Source: Okamejei kenojei
Taxonomy: Eukaryota
Assembly (NCBI GenBank): GCA_035221665.1
Contig: CM069159.1
Span: 19,530,001 to 19,594,000, forward strand
Direction of reading: 5' to 3'
DNA length: 64,000 nt
How positions within the stretch are numbered: the stretch's first letter is position 1; every line of letters starts with the position of its first letter. Of the stretch, positions 25,638 to 38,965 are shown one piece after another. The position numbers and the translations under genes are program-made. The notes beneath the pieces are model-generated. The model was not told the origin of the DNA and made no database searches. It was given only the letters and a program-made list of their open reading frames with translations.

Positions 25638-26118
25638 ACCAGACAGATTCCTGGGATGTCAGGACTTTCATATGAGGAAAGACTGGATAGACTTGGCTTG
25701 TACTCGCTAGAATTTAAAGGACTGAGGGGGGATCTTATAGAAACACAAAATTCTTAAGGGGTTGGATAGGCTAGATGCAGGAAGATTGTTCCCGATGTTG
25801 GGGAGGTCCAGAACAAGGGGTCACAGTCTAAGGATAAGGGGGAATTCCTTTAGGACTGAGATGGGGAAAACATTTTTCACACAGAGAGTGGTGAGTCTCT
25901 GGCATTCTCTGCCACAGAAGGTAGTTGAGGTCAGTTCATTGGTTGTATTTAAGAGGGAGTCAGATGTGGCCCTTGTGGCTAAAGGGATCAGGGGGTATGG
26001 AGAGAAAGGCAGGTACAGGATACTGAGTTGGATGATCAGCCATGATCATGTTGAATGGCGGTGCGGGCTCGAAGGGCCGAATGGCCTACTCCTGCACCTA
26101 TTTTCTATGTTTCTATGT
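25638..26118 (+). mobile_element. CR1 3' fragment inserted in the Gypsy LTR
   Basis: RTRGHSLRIRG..FFTQRVVSLW; ctatgtttctatgtt tail. Confidence 0.85.
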
Positions 26119-28046
26119 TAAACACAAAAGCTCTTACCACAACGGTGGTTGAAAGAATGAACTTGCCCAGAAAACGCGCAAAAACAAAACCCCTCCCCAC
26201 AGTCACGACAGAGGTAGCCAACCGCAGGGTTCGACTACCCACAGGCACCAGAAGGTGCCGCTATAGGAACCCCCCCTCCCCAGAACCCAAGGTACGGATC
26301 CAAGCGGGGACCCATATGGAACGACCAGAACATGTGGTCCACGAAGGTGGGGCGGGCTTAACATGAGGGACCGGCGGAACAGGGCTGGGTGGATGCGGGG
26401 ACAGCGAAGGCGGGGCGGGCGTAACATTGGGGGCCGGCAAAACAAGGCCGGGGGAAGGCAAAGGAGCATAAATAACAGGGGTGGAGGAAACGGGCGTTCT
26501 CAGTACGGGCAGGATGGCCGATGGACAACCTCTACATCGCGGTGCAGCAACAACCCTCGGGCTGTCCACATCTAGGTGGGTGGGTTTGAGACGAACTCCT
26601 GCCGGCCTCCCATGTCCACCGTGAATGTGGCGACTCCGGCTCGCAGCACCCGGAATGACCCTTCACAGACCCGGCGTAGTGGCGAGCGGTGAGCGTCCCT
26701 GTGGATGACAACATAGGCACACTGCTGTGACACCGCGGGCACATGCACCATGGACGAACCGTGCCTGGAAGTGGGAACAGGTGCCAACGTGCTCAACGCC
26801 GGCCAGCAGCGCCGGGACTGATGCGACCTGACCACGGGCGGCAAGCAGAAAATCTCCAACTGACGGGGACACTGGGGCGGGCGGGAGCTGTGGAGACGTC
26901 GCACAGGACCATGGTGCCTACCGCTCCGTAAGATAGTGCCTGCCGCTCCGCAACATGCCGCTGATGGCCAGAAACTGCGGCGCGGTAGGCTTCCATACCT
27001 GCGTCTGCCCGCTGCGCTGTTGCCTGTTCGCTGGAGTCTATGCCGTGGTCAAGGGCCGAAATGGAGGGGATGACGGGGCGGGACAGGTGTCGGTAAGGAT
27101 GTTAAGTATCCCCGCAACGTGGCGGATATCGGTCGTAAATTCCTGACGGGCGGACCACGGATCAGCGATCTTACCCAGGGCGTAAGTAAGGGGCTTGTGG
27201 TCCCTGAATGACCGGCCCTCGAGGAAATACCTGAAATGCCTGACGGCCAGGTACAGCGCCAGAAGCTCGCGGTTGAAAGCGCTGCAGTTGCATCCTGGAG
27301 CCCGCAGCCAACGGCCGTCAACGAGCTGCTCCATGACACCACCTACAGCAGCATCCGAGGCGTCTACAGTGAGCACGGTGGGGGCGGAAGCACGCTGGGT
27401 GCACCAACAAGGTAGCCTTGTCCAGGGCTGCCTTTGCACCCTCGAAAGCCGCGTCCGCCTCCTCAGACCACACGAGGTCCCACAATGTCAGCAGCTGCCA
27501 GCACAAAACAGTGATAAAAATTCACCATGCCGACAAACTCCTGAAGCCCTTCACGGTGAGCAGCCGGGGGAACTGCCGGATGGCCTCGACCTTCGCGGTG
27601 AGTGGGGCAGCGCCTTGCGGGGTAATGCTATGCCCCAGGAAGGAGATGGAGCAGAGGCCAAACTGGCATTTTGCGGGGTTAATAAGGAGGCCGTGTTCGC
27701 GGAGGCGCTGAAACAAAGACCGGAGGTGGGTGACATGCTCCATTTGCGAGGCGCTGGTGACCAGAATGTCGTCCAAATAAATAAACACGAAAGGCAGACC
27801 TGGACCATCAGCCGCTGGAATGCCAGCGCGGCGTTCTTTAACCCGAAAGGTATTCAAAACCATTCGAACAGGCCGAATGGGGTGATCGTGGCATTTTTTG
27901 GAACATTGTCGGGGTGTAAGGGGATTTTTGTTGTAACCCTGGACGAGGTCAACCTTGGAAAAGAAAGTAGCGCCCTCAAGGTGCGTGGAGAAGTCCTGAA
28001 TATGAGGCACCGAATAGTGGTCCGCTGCGGTCATTGTGTTCAGCGG

Positions 28047-28313
28047 TCGGCTGCCTGCCATTTTTCCGGGGTTATGTCTGTGCCCGCGTGTTCCTGGAGA
28101 GGGAACACGCGGTGTCCAAGGGGACTCTGGAGGCCTTCCGTGAACGCTGGTCACCGCGGGAGGTCGACTGTATTGTTGATAAAAATGTTAATATTTTAAT
28201 AATGATAACTTTGTTTGTAAAATGCCAATATGCAAACAATAGTCATTCTTTGATCGTGTTGCTACTTTGTATTTTGTTTGTTCTGAATAAAAGCATTATG
28301 TATGAAAAAAAAA
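28047..28313 (+). mobile_element. Tx1/L1-type LINE 3' end inserted in Gypsy RT
   Basis: FRGYVCARVFLEREHAVSKGTLEAFRERW, AATAAA, poly(A); agcgg repeated at both junctions. Confidence 0.65.
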
Positions 28314-30673
28314 GAGCGGCTAAGCGACGTCCGCCACAATGAACGTCCACTCGTACGGGCGGGAGTTGAAGGTAAGTGCGAAGGTCCGCGTACCGTATGT
28401 TCGGATGGGCACGGAGCCCCGCTTACCAGCACGGGTGTCACGCCCGGTCGGAGGGAGGTTGCTGATGATTCCACCGGAGTTCTCTGGGAAAACGGCGGCT
28501 GGAAACGTACTGGAGGTGATAGTAACACCAACGGTGCCTACCGCGAGTCCCGGATCACTGATGTGGCTCCATGCTAGAATTCGTGGGCGGGGCCTCATGC
28601 GGTCCTGCTGAGACGAAGTGCGCGCTGCTGCAGACACACGGTTAATGGCGCCGCCATCTAAATGTTTCGTTAGCCAGAGTTCGTCGGCCCATTTGGCTAG
28701 CTGCAGACGATTGGCGAAATCCACACCTGCGAACATGAGGTGGACATCGTCTGGCATTTGTTCTAGGAATGCCTGCTCGAATAGCAGTCACGGGCGGTGG
28801 CCGTACATTAACGCGAGCATCTCGGATATGAGGACTGATGGCTTGCGATCTCCCAAATCGTCCATGTGTAGAAGGCGGGCAGCGCGATCCCGGCGGCTGA
28901 GCCTGAAGTTGTGCAGTAGGAGGACCCTGAGGCTGTCGTACTTGGTGGCCGATATGCAAACTGCGCTGGAACTACACTTCCACATGTGCAAACCATACCT
29001 GTGGCTGCTCAGGCCAAAACACTGGCAGATTGAGGCTGACGCCACTCTGATGGGCGTCGGAACAGCGACGGGAACTGAATCGTCCTGCATATCGGCGTCC
29101 AATATCAATTGGGCGCGTCAGATCATTTAGCAGCATCCAAGAAACACTTTATTTTAAAACTGGAGATAGAAAGGAGCGGTCTTTGTACACCGTTGCAGGT
29201 GAGAGCTTTGAAGGAGGCAGATATTCACAGGGAACAGGCATGAAAATAAAGCTTGGATTCATGACATACTTAAGTCGATATATCATAGCAGCCATTAACT
29301 CATTGAGTTGAGAAACAGGAATGGAGGCCCAAATGGCTCTACTTCTGAAATAAAACCAGTTAATGCTGGGAATACTCAGCAAGTCAAGCAAGAGCTTATA
29401 GCTCTATCATGGTTACCACTTCATAGACCTCTCAATCTCTTATAGATGAACTGTAGGTCACATTATTCCATGGACAGTTGACTATTGCATCATGATATAT
29501 TCCTCATTTTGTTGTGTATTCTTTACAAAGATTGTAAGTTATAACTAGAAATGACTTCACGAGTGAGATACATGATGGATGCATTGAAGTAAATCATGAC
29601 AGAATGTGCTAATGGAACGATCCTCAAGGAAATGAGAGCAATCTAAAAGAGGCACAACATGTTTCAAGTGGATTTTGTTTGTTGAAAAGAAAGGCAAAAG
29701 GGTTGAATTCTCAGGAACATGTGTTGGATAGTTAGTGGAATGTGATTTTTGTGGGTGGGGGTGTGTGTGGGGTGGCAAAATAAATGATACATTGAAAATA
29801 GCCACAACATTTTTTCCATTGTGATGGTTGCCTTGAAGGCAAAGTCCTCAACTTTCTCAGAAAATAATTACAGATGCTCCCCTGCAATGAGTATGTTATT
29901 CCCTTCTCATATCCCATGGTAGGAAGGGTTTGAAATGTCTCTTCTGCTCAAATTATGACTACATTATCAATAATTTTCTTGAAAGAATGTGGTTTTGATT
30001 TTGACACACAGACAATTGGAGGAAATCTCATGAGTTCTGTATCCCTGTTCATCTGAATGAATTCATCTGTGCAGTTTCAACTTTGTCATTGAATTGAATG
30101 ACTGGTGACATCTTATAACATCTTGTGAATAAGTCTAAACTTCCAGCACTCCAACAAATGAAGAAATGTGCTTTATTTATACCAAACAATTATAACACGC
30201 AGAGCAACATTTCTTACAGTGGCGTTCTCCGAAGAGGTAAACTCTCCTGTAAGCTGTACACTAAAACAATACATCAGCAGAGTTAGTCATATGCGTTAAT
30301 TGCAAAAAAGGTACACGCTGAATATTACATGTTACAGGTGATTTGATGTAGATGTTGGTAAGTTCACCTGAAGTCTAACATTGTTTTCAGTGAGTTTAAT
30401 GGTTTCTAAAACAATGCACATTTATTATAAGATGGAAAAAATGCTGGAGAAACTCAGCGGGTGAGGCAGCATCTATGGAGCGAAGGAAATAGGCAACGTT
30501 TTGGGTTGAGAACCTTCAGAAGGGTCTCGACCCAAAACTTTCACCCGCAACATTCTCCATTATGAGATATGACCACAGCCACAAAAGGATTCTCCTGATC
30601 ATTTTGATGGAAGCCAAACTGAACATAAGTGAGTAAATTATTGGTGAGTACTAGGCATTTAACAATGCTTTAA

Positions 30674-33015
30674 CATAGAAACATAGAAATTAGGTGCAGG
30701 AGTAGGCCATTCGGCCCTTCGAGCCTGCACCGCCATTCAATATGATCATGGCTGATCATCCAACTCAGTATCCCGTACCTGCCTTCTCTCCATAACCTCT
30801 GATCCCCTTAGCCACAAGGGCCACATCTAACTCCCTCTTAAATATAGCCAATGAACTGGCCTCAACTACCATCTGTGGCAGAGAGTTCCAGAGACTCACC
30901 ACTCTCTGTGTGAAAAAAATATTTTTCATCTCGGTCTTAAAGGATTTCTCCCTTATCTTTAAGCTGACTCCTTGTCCTGGACTTCCCCAACATCGGGAAC
31001 AATCTTCCTGCATCTAGCCTGTCCAACCCCTTAGGAATTCTGTAAGTTTCTATAAGATCCACTCTCAATCTCCTAAATTCTAGAGAGTATAAACCGAGTC
31101 TATCCAGTCTTTCTTCATAAGACAGTCCTGACATCCCAGGAATCAGTCTGGCGAACCTTCTCTGCACTCTCTCTATGGCAATAATGTCCTTCCTCAGATT
31201 TGGAGAACAAAACTGTACGCAATACTCCAGGTGTGGTCTCACCAAAGACCCTGTACAACTGAAGTAAGAACCCCCTGCTCCTATACTCAAACATCCATTT
31301 GCTATGAAAGCTAACATACCATTCCGCTTTCTTCACTGCCTGCTGCACCTGCATGCTTACTTTCAATGACTGGTGTACCATGACACCCAGGTCTCGCTGC
31401 ATCTCCCCTTTTCCTAATCGGCCACCATTTTAGATAATAGTCTGCTTTCCTGTTTTTGCCACCAAAGTGGATAACCTCACATTTATCCACATTATACTGC
31501 ATCTGCCAAACATTTGCCCACTCACCCAGCCTATCCAGTCATCATTGCAGTCTCCTAGCATCCTCCTCACAGCGAAACACTGCCCCCAGCTTAGTGTCAT
31601 CCGCAAACTTGGAGATATTGCCTTCAATTCCCTCATCCAGATCATTAATATATATTGTAAAATAGCTGGGGTCCCAGCACTGAGCCTTGCGGTACCCACT
31701 AGTCACTGCCTGCCATTTGTGAAAAGGACCGTTTACTTCCTACTCTTTGCTTCCTGTTTGCCAGCCAGTTCTCTATCCACATCGATACTGAACCTCCAAT
31801 GCCGTATGCTTTAAGTTTATATACTAATCTCTTATGTGGGACCTTGTCGAAAGCCTTCTGGAAGTCCAGATACACCACATCCACTGGTTCTCCCTCATCC
31901 ACGCTACTAGTTACATCCTCAAAAAATTCCACAAGATTCGTCAGACATGATTTGCCTTTCGTAAATCCATGCTGACTTTGTCCAATGATTTCACCACTTT
32001 CCAAATGTGCAGGAATGACTTTGCTCCATGTTGTGGAGATACTCCCAAATGTGCTGCTATCCCATCTTTAATAATGTGCTGCTATCCCATCTTTAATAAC
32101 TGACTCAAGCATTTCCCCCACTACAGATGTTAAACTGACTGGTCTGTAATTCCCCGTTTTCTCTCTTCCTCCCTTCTTAAAAAGAGGGGTTACGTTTGCT
32201 ACCAGCCAATCCTCAGGAACTACTCCAGAATCTAAAGAGTTTTAGAAAGATTATCGCTAATGCATCCACTATTTCCGGAGCTACTTCCTTAAGTACTCTG
32301 GGATTCAGCCTATCTGGCCCTGGGGATTTATTGGCCTTTAATCCACTCAATTTACCCAACACCACTTCCCAACTAACCTGGATTTCACTCAATTCCTCCT
32401 TTGACCCGCGGTCCCCTGCTATTTCCAGCAGATTATGTCTTCCTTAGTGAAGACGGAACCAAAGTAGTTATTCAATTGGTCCGCCATATCCTTGTTCCCC
32501 ATGATCAACTCACCTGTTTCTGACTGCAAGGGACCTACATTTGTTTTAACTAGTCTCTTTCTCATCACATATCTATAAAAATGTTTGCAGTCAGTTTTTA
32601 TATTCCCTGCCAGTTTTCTTTCATAATCTATTTTTCCTTTCCTAATTAAGCCCTTTGTCCTCCTCTGCTGGTCTCTGAATTTCTCCCAGTCCTCTGGTAT
32701 GCTGCTTTTTCTGGCTACTTTGTACGCATCATCCTTTGCTTTGACACTATCCTTGATTTCCCTTGTTATCCACGGATGCACTACCTTCCCCGATTTATTC
32801 TTCTGCCAAACTGGGATGAACAATTTTTGTAGTTCATCCATGCAGTCTTTAAATGTCTTCCATTGCATATCCACCGTCAACCCTTTTAGAATTAATTGCC
32901 AGTCAATCTTGGCCAATTCACGTCTCATACCCTCAAAGTTACCTTTCTTTAAGTTCAGAACCATTGTTTCTGAATTAACAATGTCACTCTCCATCCTAAT
33001 GAAGAACTCAACCAT
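30674..33015 (-). mobile_element. CR1 LINE, truncated and decayed
   Basis: SQHGFTKGKSCLTNLVEFFE, VYLDFQKAFDKVPH, RPHLEYCVQF; CR1 tail. Confidence 0.92.
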
Positions 33016-34034
33016 TTTCCTGATCTCTCCCACCCCCTGATCCTTCTCAATAAGACGGTTCCATAAGGTCTATCTTGCATTGGCTGGATGTGTTTACAAA
33101 GGCTAACAAGCTTCCTCTGCATTCAACAGCCTGTGTCTGTTTCCTGCAATTAAGAGAAACCATAACATTTACCACATTTTCTTTGTTTCCAGGTTAATTT
33201 CTTTGTTTCCAAATTAATCCTTTACTTCCTTATCGTTACTTGTACCAGGACAAGTATACCAAATATCAATTTCAGATATCAACATCTGAATGTTTGTTGC
33301 AAGTACTTTTTAGCCAATCTGTGGTAATAACTTCAAACACACTTCAGCTCATTTAGATCCATCACCTATTGTGACTTTATTGGCTCTTGATATAAAGTCT
33401 TAAAAAAATGAAGTAAAGCTATCCATGAAGAATAAGCCATCTTTTATTACCTTTCAGCTGAGAGCACAAGCACATCTGAAATTATTTATTTGTAGGGGAC
33501 CAAAAGATTGGGGTGAATGGAAAAGTTACATTTAGCAAAGAAAATTAAATCCATTTGTTAAAAAAAAAACAAAGTGCTGGAGCACCCAAACAGGTCAGGC
33601 ATCATCACTGGAGAACATGGATAGGCAACATTTTGGGTGAGGACAATTCTCAGATTGCCGAGAAGGAGTTGGGGTGCTAGAGAACAAAGACTGTTTGATG
33701 TAACCAACAAAAGGGCAGGCATTGGTGGAGCACATGCGAATGCCCATGGTGACAAATTTAACTTGAAGAAAGTGCAAAGAGTCAAAGAAGAAGTAATTGA
33801 GAGTGGAAAGATTCTACCAGGTGGAGAGGAATGTTAGTGGAGGGAAACTGAATTGGGCTCTGTTCAGGGAAAAAGTGGAGGGCCATGAGACCTGGTGGGG
33901 GATGGAAGTGTAAAGAGAAATCCTCTTGTTCCTCAAGAAAGACAGACTTTTTTCAGGGATACATCAGGAAATTGGGTCTCTACAAGAGAGCTTAGCAGGA
34001 AGATCTAACTGGCCTCTGTAAAACTATCATGTGC

Positions 34035-34134
34035 TCAGAATTCAGAAGTAATTATGTTGTCTTCTTGGCTATTAACATTTTTCGGAGAGTCACTTTTGGC
34101 CAATCTGCTTTGGTTCCTGTGTTGCTTTGAATTC
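34035..34134 (-). CDS. Terminal cytoplasmic exon of receptor gene 2 (RNSKQHRNQSRLAKSDSPKNVNSQEDNIITSEF*)
   Basis: Strong acceptor ttttctttctcattag; phase 2 matches the upstream 25-nt exon; open to TGA. Confidence 0.55.
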
Positions 34135-34798
34135 CTAATGAGAAAGAAAAATAGCAAAGTTGTGAGGAATAAGTTCTGAAATTATTTTGTGATGTTCAAT
34201 TAAGAACCACCCAGGAATATAAATCTAGAGTGATTATTCACAGCTTCTTCCTCAAACACACAACCAACTCTGTCACTCCACCCAATCCATTTACTTTTTT
34301 ACTAAAATGCCTTGGGTTATTTACCAATATGAACATCAGTACAAGCAAATTCTACTCAGAGTTTAATGAATGTTCAACTATAAAGAATGACAAAGACATA
34401 CCCGTATTCTATGATTTATCTTCTGAAACTTATTTCAAATGTTCCCTCAGGATCAATTTTGGACACCCTCTTTTCCACACTGTGAAGATATCCAGTTAAC
34501 TTTCCAAGATGTAGAGATGACACAAATCTCTAACTGCCTCCATTTTGTTATTCTATTTATCTGCTATGCACCTCTGGCCAAGTTACTCCCAGTTTACCTC
34601 CAGTTTTACTTTGGAGTCACGTGAATGATTCCGTGAAGAAGACCCGCCAGGCCGCACCAGTACGTCAGTCGCATTGACGCACGGAGGCTGCGAGGAACAT
34701 AGCTCCTCAAGCGGTAAGTATGCAGACTCCAGGTAAGTTAAAAACTTTTGACTGGAGTTTGAATCTGTGCTGGCCGGTACGCTATACCGAGTGCTAGC

Positions 34799-37700
34799 GT
34801 GGACAAAACAGGGAAGGGAAAGCGGCGCGTTTCAAACGGCCGCGGCAGTCTAGGCTTGGAAGCCCTGCCTCATACCCCTGTTCAGTCGCTAAGTACAGAA
34901 ACAGCGACTGCAGACTTAGTGCCACATAGCACAGAGCCATTGCCATTAGGGCACAAGGCAACCGATAAGTCTGCTAGGCCCACGGAGTCGGGAGATGATT
35001 CCTCACCGGGGCTGGATAGAGTGTGTACTTGCCTATCCGAAGTGGAGGAACTGTTGCATACAGTCCTCCAAAGAACTTCACTCCAAGAGAAGGAGTGTCA
35101 GCGCTTAGAGAAAGAAGCGCCAGCAGCAACAATGCTGCCAGAGATTCCTTTTCCATTTGAAGAGAGTGCAATGGGCCAGATTAGTCCTGAGCCCGATTCT
35201 GATGGGGAAGTTCAACTTGGAGAAACAGAACTACCAAATGTTCCACCACTGGCACTTCCATTTGCTGTCCCATCAGGAGCAGGTGAGCCACTAGGTGACG
35301 AGCTGGCTATCACAATTAATTACATGGTATCTCATCAGTTTCAGGAGCTTACTATGGATGAGACAGCCAAAAAACTTGAGTCTCCAAGTAACTGTGAAGT
35401 GTTAAGAGTTCCAACGGTGAATCAAGTCATTTGGGGTCAGATGGGACGCAGCATGTGAAGCCAAGAGATAAAAATGCAAAGAATGTTAAAGTTATTGGCT
35501 GCTGGTATTACAGCATTTGCAAGAACAATGGATGGTGGTTTTGTGACCAGAACACACCAAGAGGCTCTAGGGTTGTTATGCAACACCTATTTTGAGATCA
35601 ATGGTCTCAGGAAAAGGGCTATAAGGCCCACCATTAATCCTAGACGGTACACAAAAGGCTGGAGAAACTCAGCGGGTGCAGCAGCATCTAAGGAGCGAAG
35701 GAGATGGGCGATGTTTCGGGTCGAGACCCTTCTTCAGACTGGTCCTAGATATGCTGCGCTTTGTAAGCCAGCAAGTATACAACTACCTGATCTGCTGTTT
35801 GGCGCAGATCTAACCAAGCAGGTCAAAGAAATAAATGAAGACGCTAAAACAATGAGTCTGAGAAGACCAATGATGCCCGGCAGACAGCTGAAGAGAATGT
35901 ATCCCTACAGAACCACCTCAGCATCCGGGGCTACTCCAGGGACAAGGCGGTCCTCAGCACAGGGACGAGGATGGTATCCCTCGGTGGGAGCACGAGCAAC
36001 TATGGAGGCCACTGCCAGAGGCTGGAGTCAGCAGGGTGCACCAGTCACCAGAGAGGTAAGTGGACCTGGTTCTCATAAAAACATATTAAATGTAACTCAA
36101 GGAAAAATTGGTGGTAGATTACGGCTTTTTTATAACGAATGGAAGCAGTTTACTTCAGATCTATTTATCAGGAGTGTAATTCGAGGGTTTCGGATTGAAT
36201 TTATTCCAAATGGTGCTTTACCTTTCCAACATGTTTCTGTTAGAGCACTTTATTTTTCACAAACAGAGGTAATAGAGGTTCAAGCTGAACTCACAAAATG
36301 ATATAACAAAGGTGTAATTGAAAAAGACGGATCATCAAGTCCATCAATTTGTGTCAAATATTTTTCCCCGCCCCAAAAAGGACGGAGGATGTAGAATCAT
36401 TTTGAATCTAACAAAATTAAATCCATTTGTACTCTACAGACACTTTAAAATGGAAACATTGGTTACGGCCAAGCAACTCATTTCCAAAGATTGTTATATG
36501 GCTACAATAGATCTGAAGGACGCTTATTCTTCAGTGCCTGTTCATTGCGAGCATAGAAGGTATTTTAAATTCATTTGGATGAATCAATTATGGCAGTATA
36601 AGGCACTGCCGAATGGATTGACCTCAGCTCCTAGAGTATTCACTAAATTGTTAAAACCAATGTTGGGGTTGCTTAGAGGTCAGGGCCATGTAATTATGGC
36701 CTATCTGGATGATATTTTAATAATTGGACAAACAAAAGCTTTAGCCGAAATATCAGTGGCAGTTGTCAAATCCACATTTGAAAAGCTGGGGTTTGTCATT
36801 CATTTGGAAAAATCCAAACTTACGCCAAGTACCACAATTGATTATTTGGGGTTTTCAATTAACTCAATCAAAATGGTAATTACTTTGCCAAGTGAAAAAA
36901 GTACAGAGCTAATTGAAGATTGTGTAACGCTTTTAAACAAGCATAAACCTTCAATTAGGCAAGTGGCAAGGCTTCTTGGAAAATGGTAGCAGCCTTTCCA
37001 GCAGTCCAATTTGGGCCTTTGCATTATCAGCAGTTACAAAGAGCAAAAGAACAGGCACTTAAGGTACAATTTGGGCAGTATGATAGGCCCATTCAATTAT
37101 CAGCAGAAGTAATTACTGATATTTTATGGTGGATTCAACATGTCTCCAGTAGTTTTAGCACAATAGAGCTGGAATAACCTTCCTTGGTCTTGCAGACTGA
37201 TGTAAGTGCACTTGGATGGGGTGCCACAGACACAAATTCAAGTTGTGGAGGAAGATGGAGTTTGGAAGAAGCTTTGCTTCTGCAGACATGGGGAATTAAC
37301 CATTTAGAACTTTTAGGAGCATTTTATGGGCTCAAAGCTTATTGTTCTAACAAGAGAGTCTGCATGTTCAGCTCCAAATTGATAACACCACGGCAGTCGC
37401 ATATGTCAATCACATGGGTGGTATCAAGTCGGTACCTTGTGACAGACTGGTAAACCAAATCTGGATATGGTGCATTGATAAACACATTTGGCTCTCAGCT
37501 ATTTATCTGCCAGGAAAATTTCATACAGTGGCAGACACCAGGTCACGACAATTCCATGACAACATAGAATGGATGTTGAATCACGATGTGTTCAAAGACA
37601 TCATTGCCAAATATGAAACACCAGATGTCGACTTGTTTGCATCTAGACTAAACCACCAGCTTCCTAAATATGTGTCATTGTAACCAGATCCTGGGGCAGT

Positions 37701-37983
37701 AGCGATTGACACTTTCTCGCTGAATTCGGGGGGTATGTATATTTATGCATTTCCACCTTTTTGTCTCATGAATCGATGTCTGCTTAAAATCAAGCAGGAC
37801 AATGCTTCAGGGGTACTGGTGATACCCAACTGGCCTACTCAGCCATGGTATCCTTTGATCCGACAGCTGATGACACAACCTTTGAAGGCTGTTCTTAAAC
37901 AAAGGAATTTATTGGTGCATCCAGTGACTGGCGAATGCCATCCGTTGTATGACCGTATTGATTTGTTAATTTGCAGATTCTAA
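34799..37983 (+). pseudogene. DIRS copy 2 gag-pol (gag, RT, RNase H, MTase-like)
   Basis: gag continuous with RT apart from nonsense codons and indels; IDLKDAY, LPNGL, YLDD, DNTTAV, DLFASRLN..YAFPPF..WPTQPWYP. Confidence 0.92.
35645..35742 (-). repeat. Penelope-derived hammerhead repeat inserted in-frame in DIRS gag
   Basis: 7-bp TSD tcctaga (35638, 35743); net +105 nt; absent from copy 1 (INPKFAALCKP). Confidence 0.85.
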
Positions 37984-38965
37984 GAAGGCCATATCTGGGG
38001 CATGGATTGTCGGGTCGAACTGTCGACATGCTTACTGCATCTTAAAGATCGAGTACTCAAAAGCAGTATTTTTATTATGTAAAGAAATGGGAAGTTTACT
38101 GTGTACAAAATGATATTGATTATTGTACAGCACGTATTTCACACGTTTTGGATTTTTTGTCAACTCTCTACTATGATGAAGGACTAAGTTATAGTGCAAT
38201 CAATACAGCAAGAAGTGCTTTGTCATCATATTTAGTGATGAAGTCAGACAATCATTCAATTGGATCTCATCCTCTTGTGGTTCGATTAATGAAGGGCATG
38301 TTTAATTCCAGACCTCCCAAACCTAGATATATGGCTATTTGGGATGCAAGTATAGTCCTTAGGAAACTATGTGAGTGGTTTCCTATATCATCTTTGTCTT
38401 TGGCCAAAATTACCATAAAAGTGGCCATGCTTATGGCGTTGGTTTCAGCACATTACAAAAATTACAAAAGTTTCAGACGTTACAAAAATTACAGTTAGAC
38501 AGAATGGAAACTGCTGCGGACAATGTTACATTTTACATTTATGACCTCCTCAAACAGAGCAGGCCAGGTGTCACAGGGTTTAAAATAGTATTTGCAGCAT
38601 ATCCTACGGATCCATCTTTATGCGTAAAAACACATTTGATGCAATACATTGCAGTTACAGAGAGTTTACGTAACATGGAGACAGGATTGTTTATCAGTTA
38701 TAAAAAAACACATAAAAGAGTGTCAGTTAACACTATCTCCAGGTGGCTGAAACAAGTTTTGATTGATGCAGGTATTAACACAGATGTGTTTACATCTCAT
38801 TCCACTAGGGCAGCAGCTACTTCGGCGGCCAAAGCGAAGGATGTGCCCGTCGACCATATTATGGTGGCCGCCGGATGGGCAAATGAGCTGATGTTTCAGA
38901 ATTTTTGTCATCGCCCGATTGTTGATCCAGGATTGTTTGCTAATGCCATTTTAAGTTCTATTTAA
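37977..38965 (+). pseudogene. DIRS copy 2 tyrosine recombinase
   Basis: SAINTARSALS, KQSRPG, SHSTRAAATS, AAGWANE; one nonsense codon and a small duplication/frameshift; starts at a ttaatttgcag acceptor. Confidence 0.92.

Larger units (their letters stand above)
25554..29118 (-). mobile_element. Ty3/Gypsy LTR retrotransposon, 5' LTR missing, internally deleted
   Basis: gag (LGDRKPS), protease remnant, RT (FSKVDLVQGY, YLDDILV), RNase H (TVDASD..RELLALY), integrase C-terminus; PPT ~26270-26281; 3' LTR 25554-26265 with tatagcg...cgctaaa ends. Confidence 0.9.
11785..29392 (+). repeat. Segmental duplication copy A (paralog of 48661-59420)
   Basis: Collinear matches: 11785-11910/48661-48786, 16111-16666/53701-54285, 19021-19890/54273-54950, 24190-25552/55170-58602, 29118-29392/58983-59420. 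Confidence 0.9.

Noticed and set aside
27195-28199. 334-aa plus-strand ORF
   Set aside because: Antisense to GC-rich Gypsy pol and runs into a LINE fragment; no independent signal
30217-30260. Micro-exon candidates on both strands
   Set aside because: No phase-consistent partner; such sites are expected by chance
33040-33480. Several small minus-strand exon candidates
   Set aside because: They lie beyond the gene-2 stop and could not be assembled into an open chain
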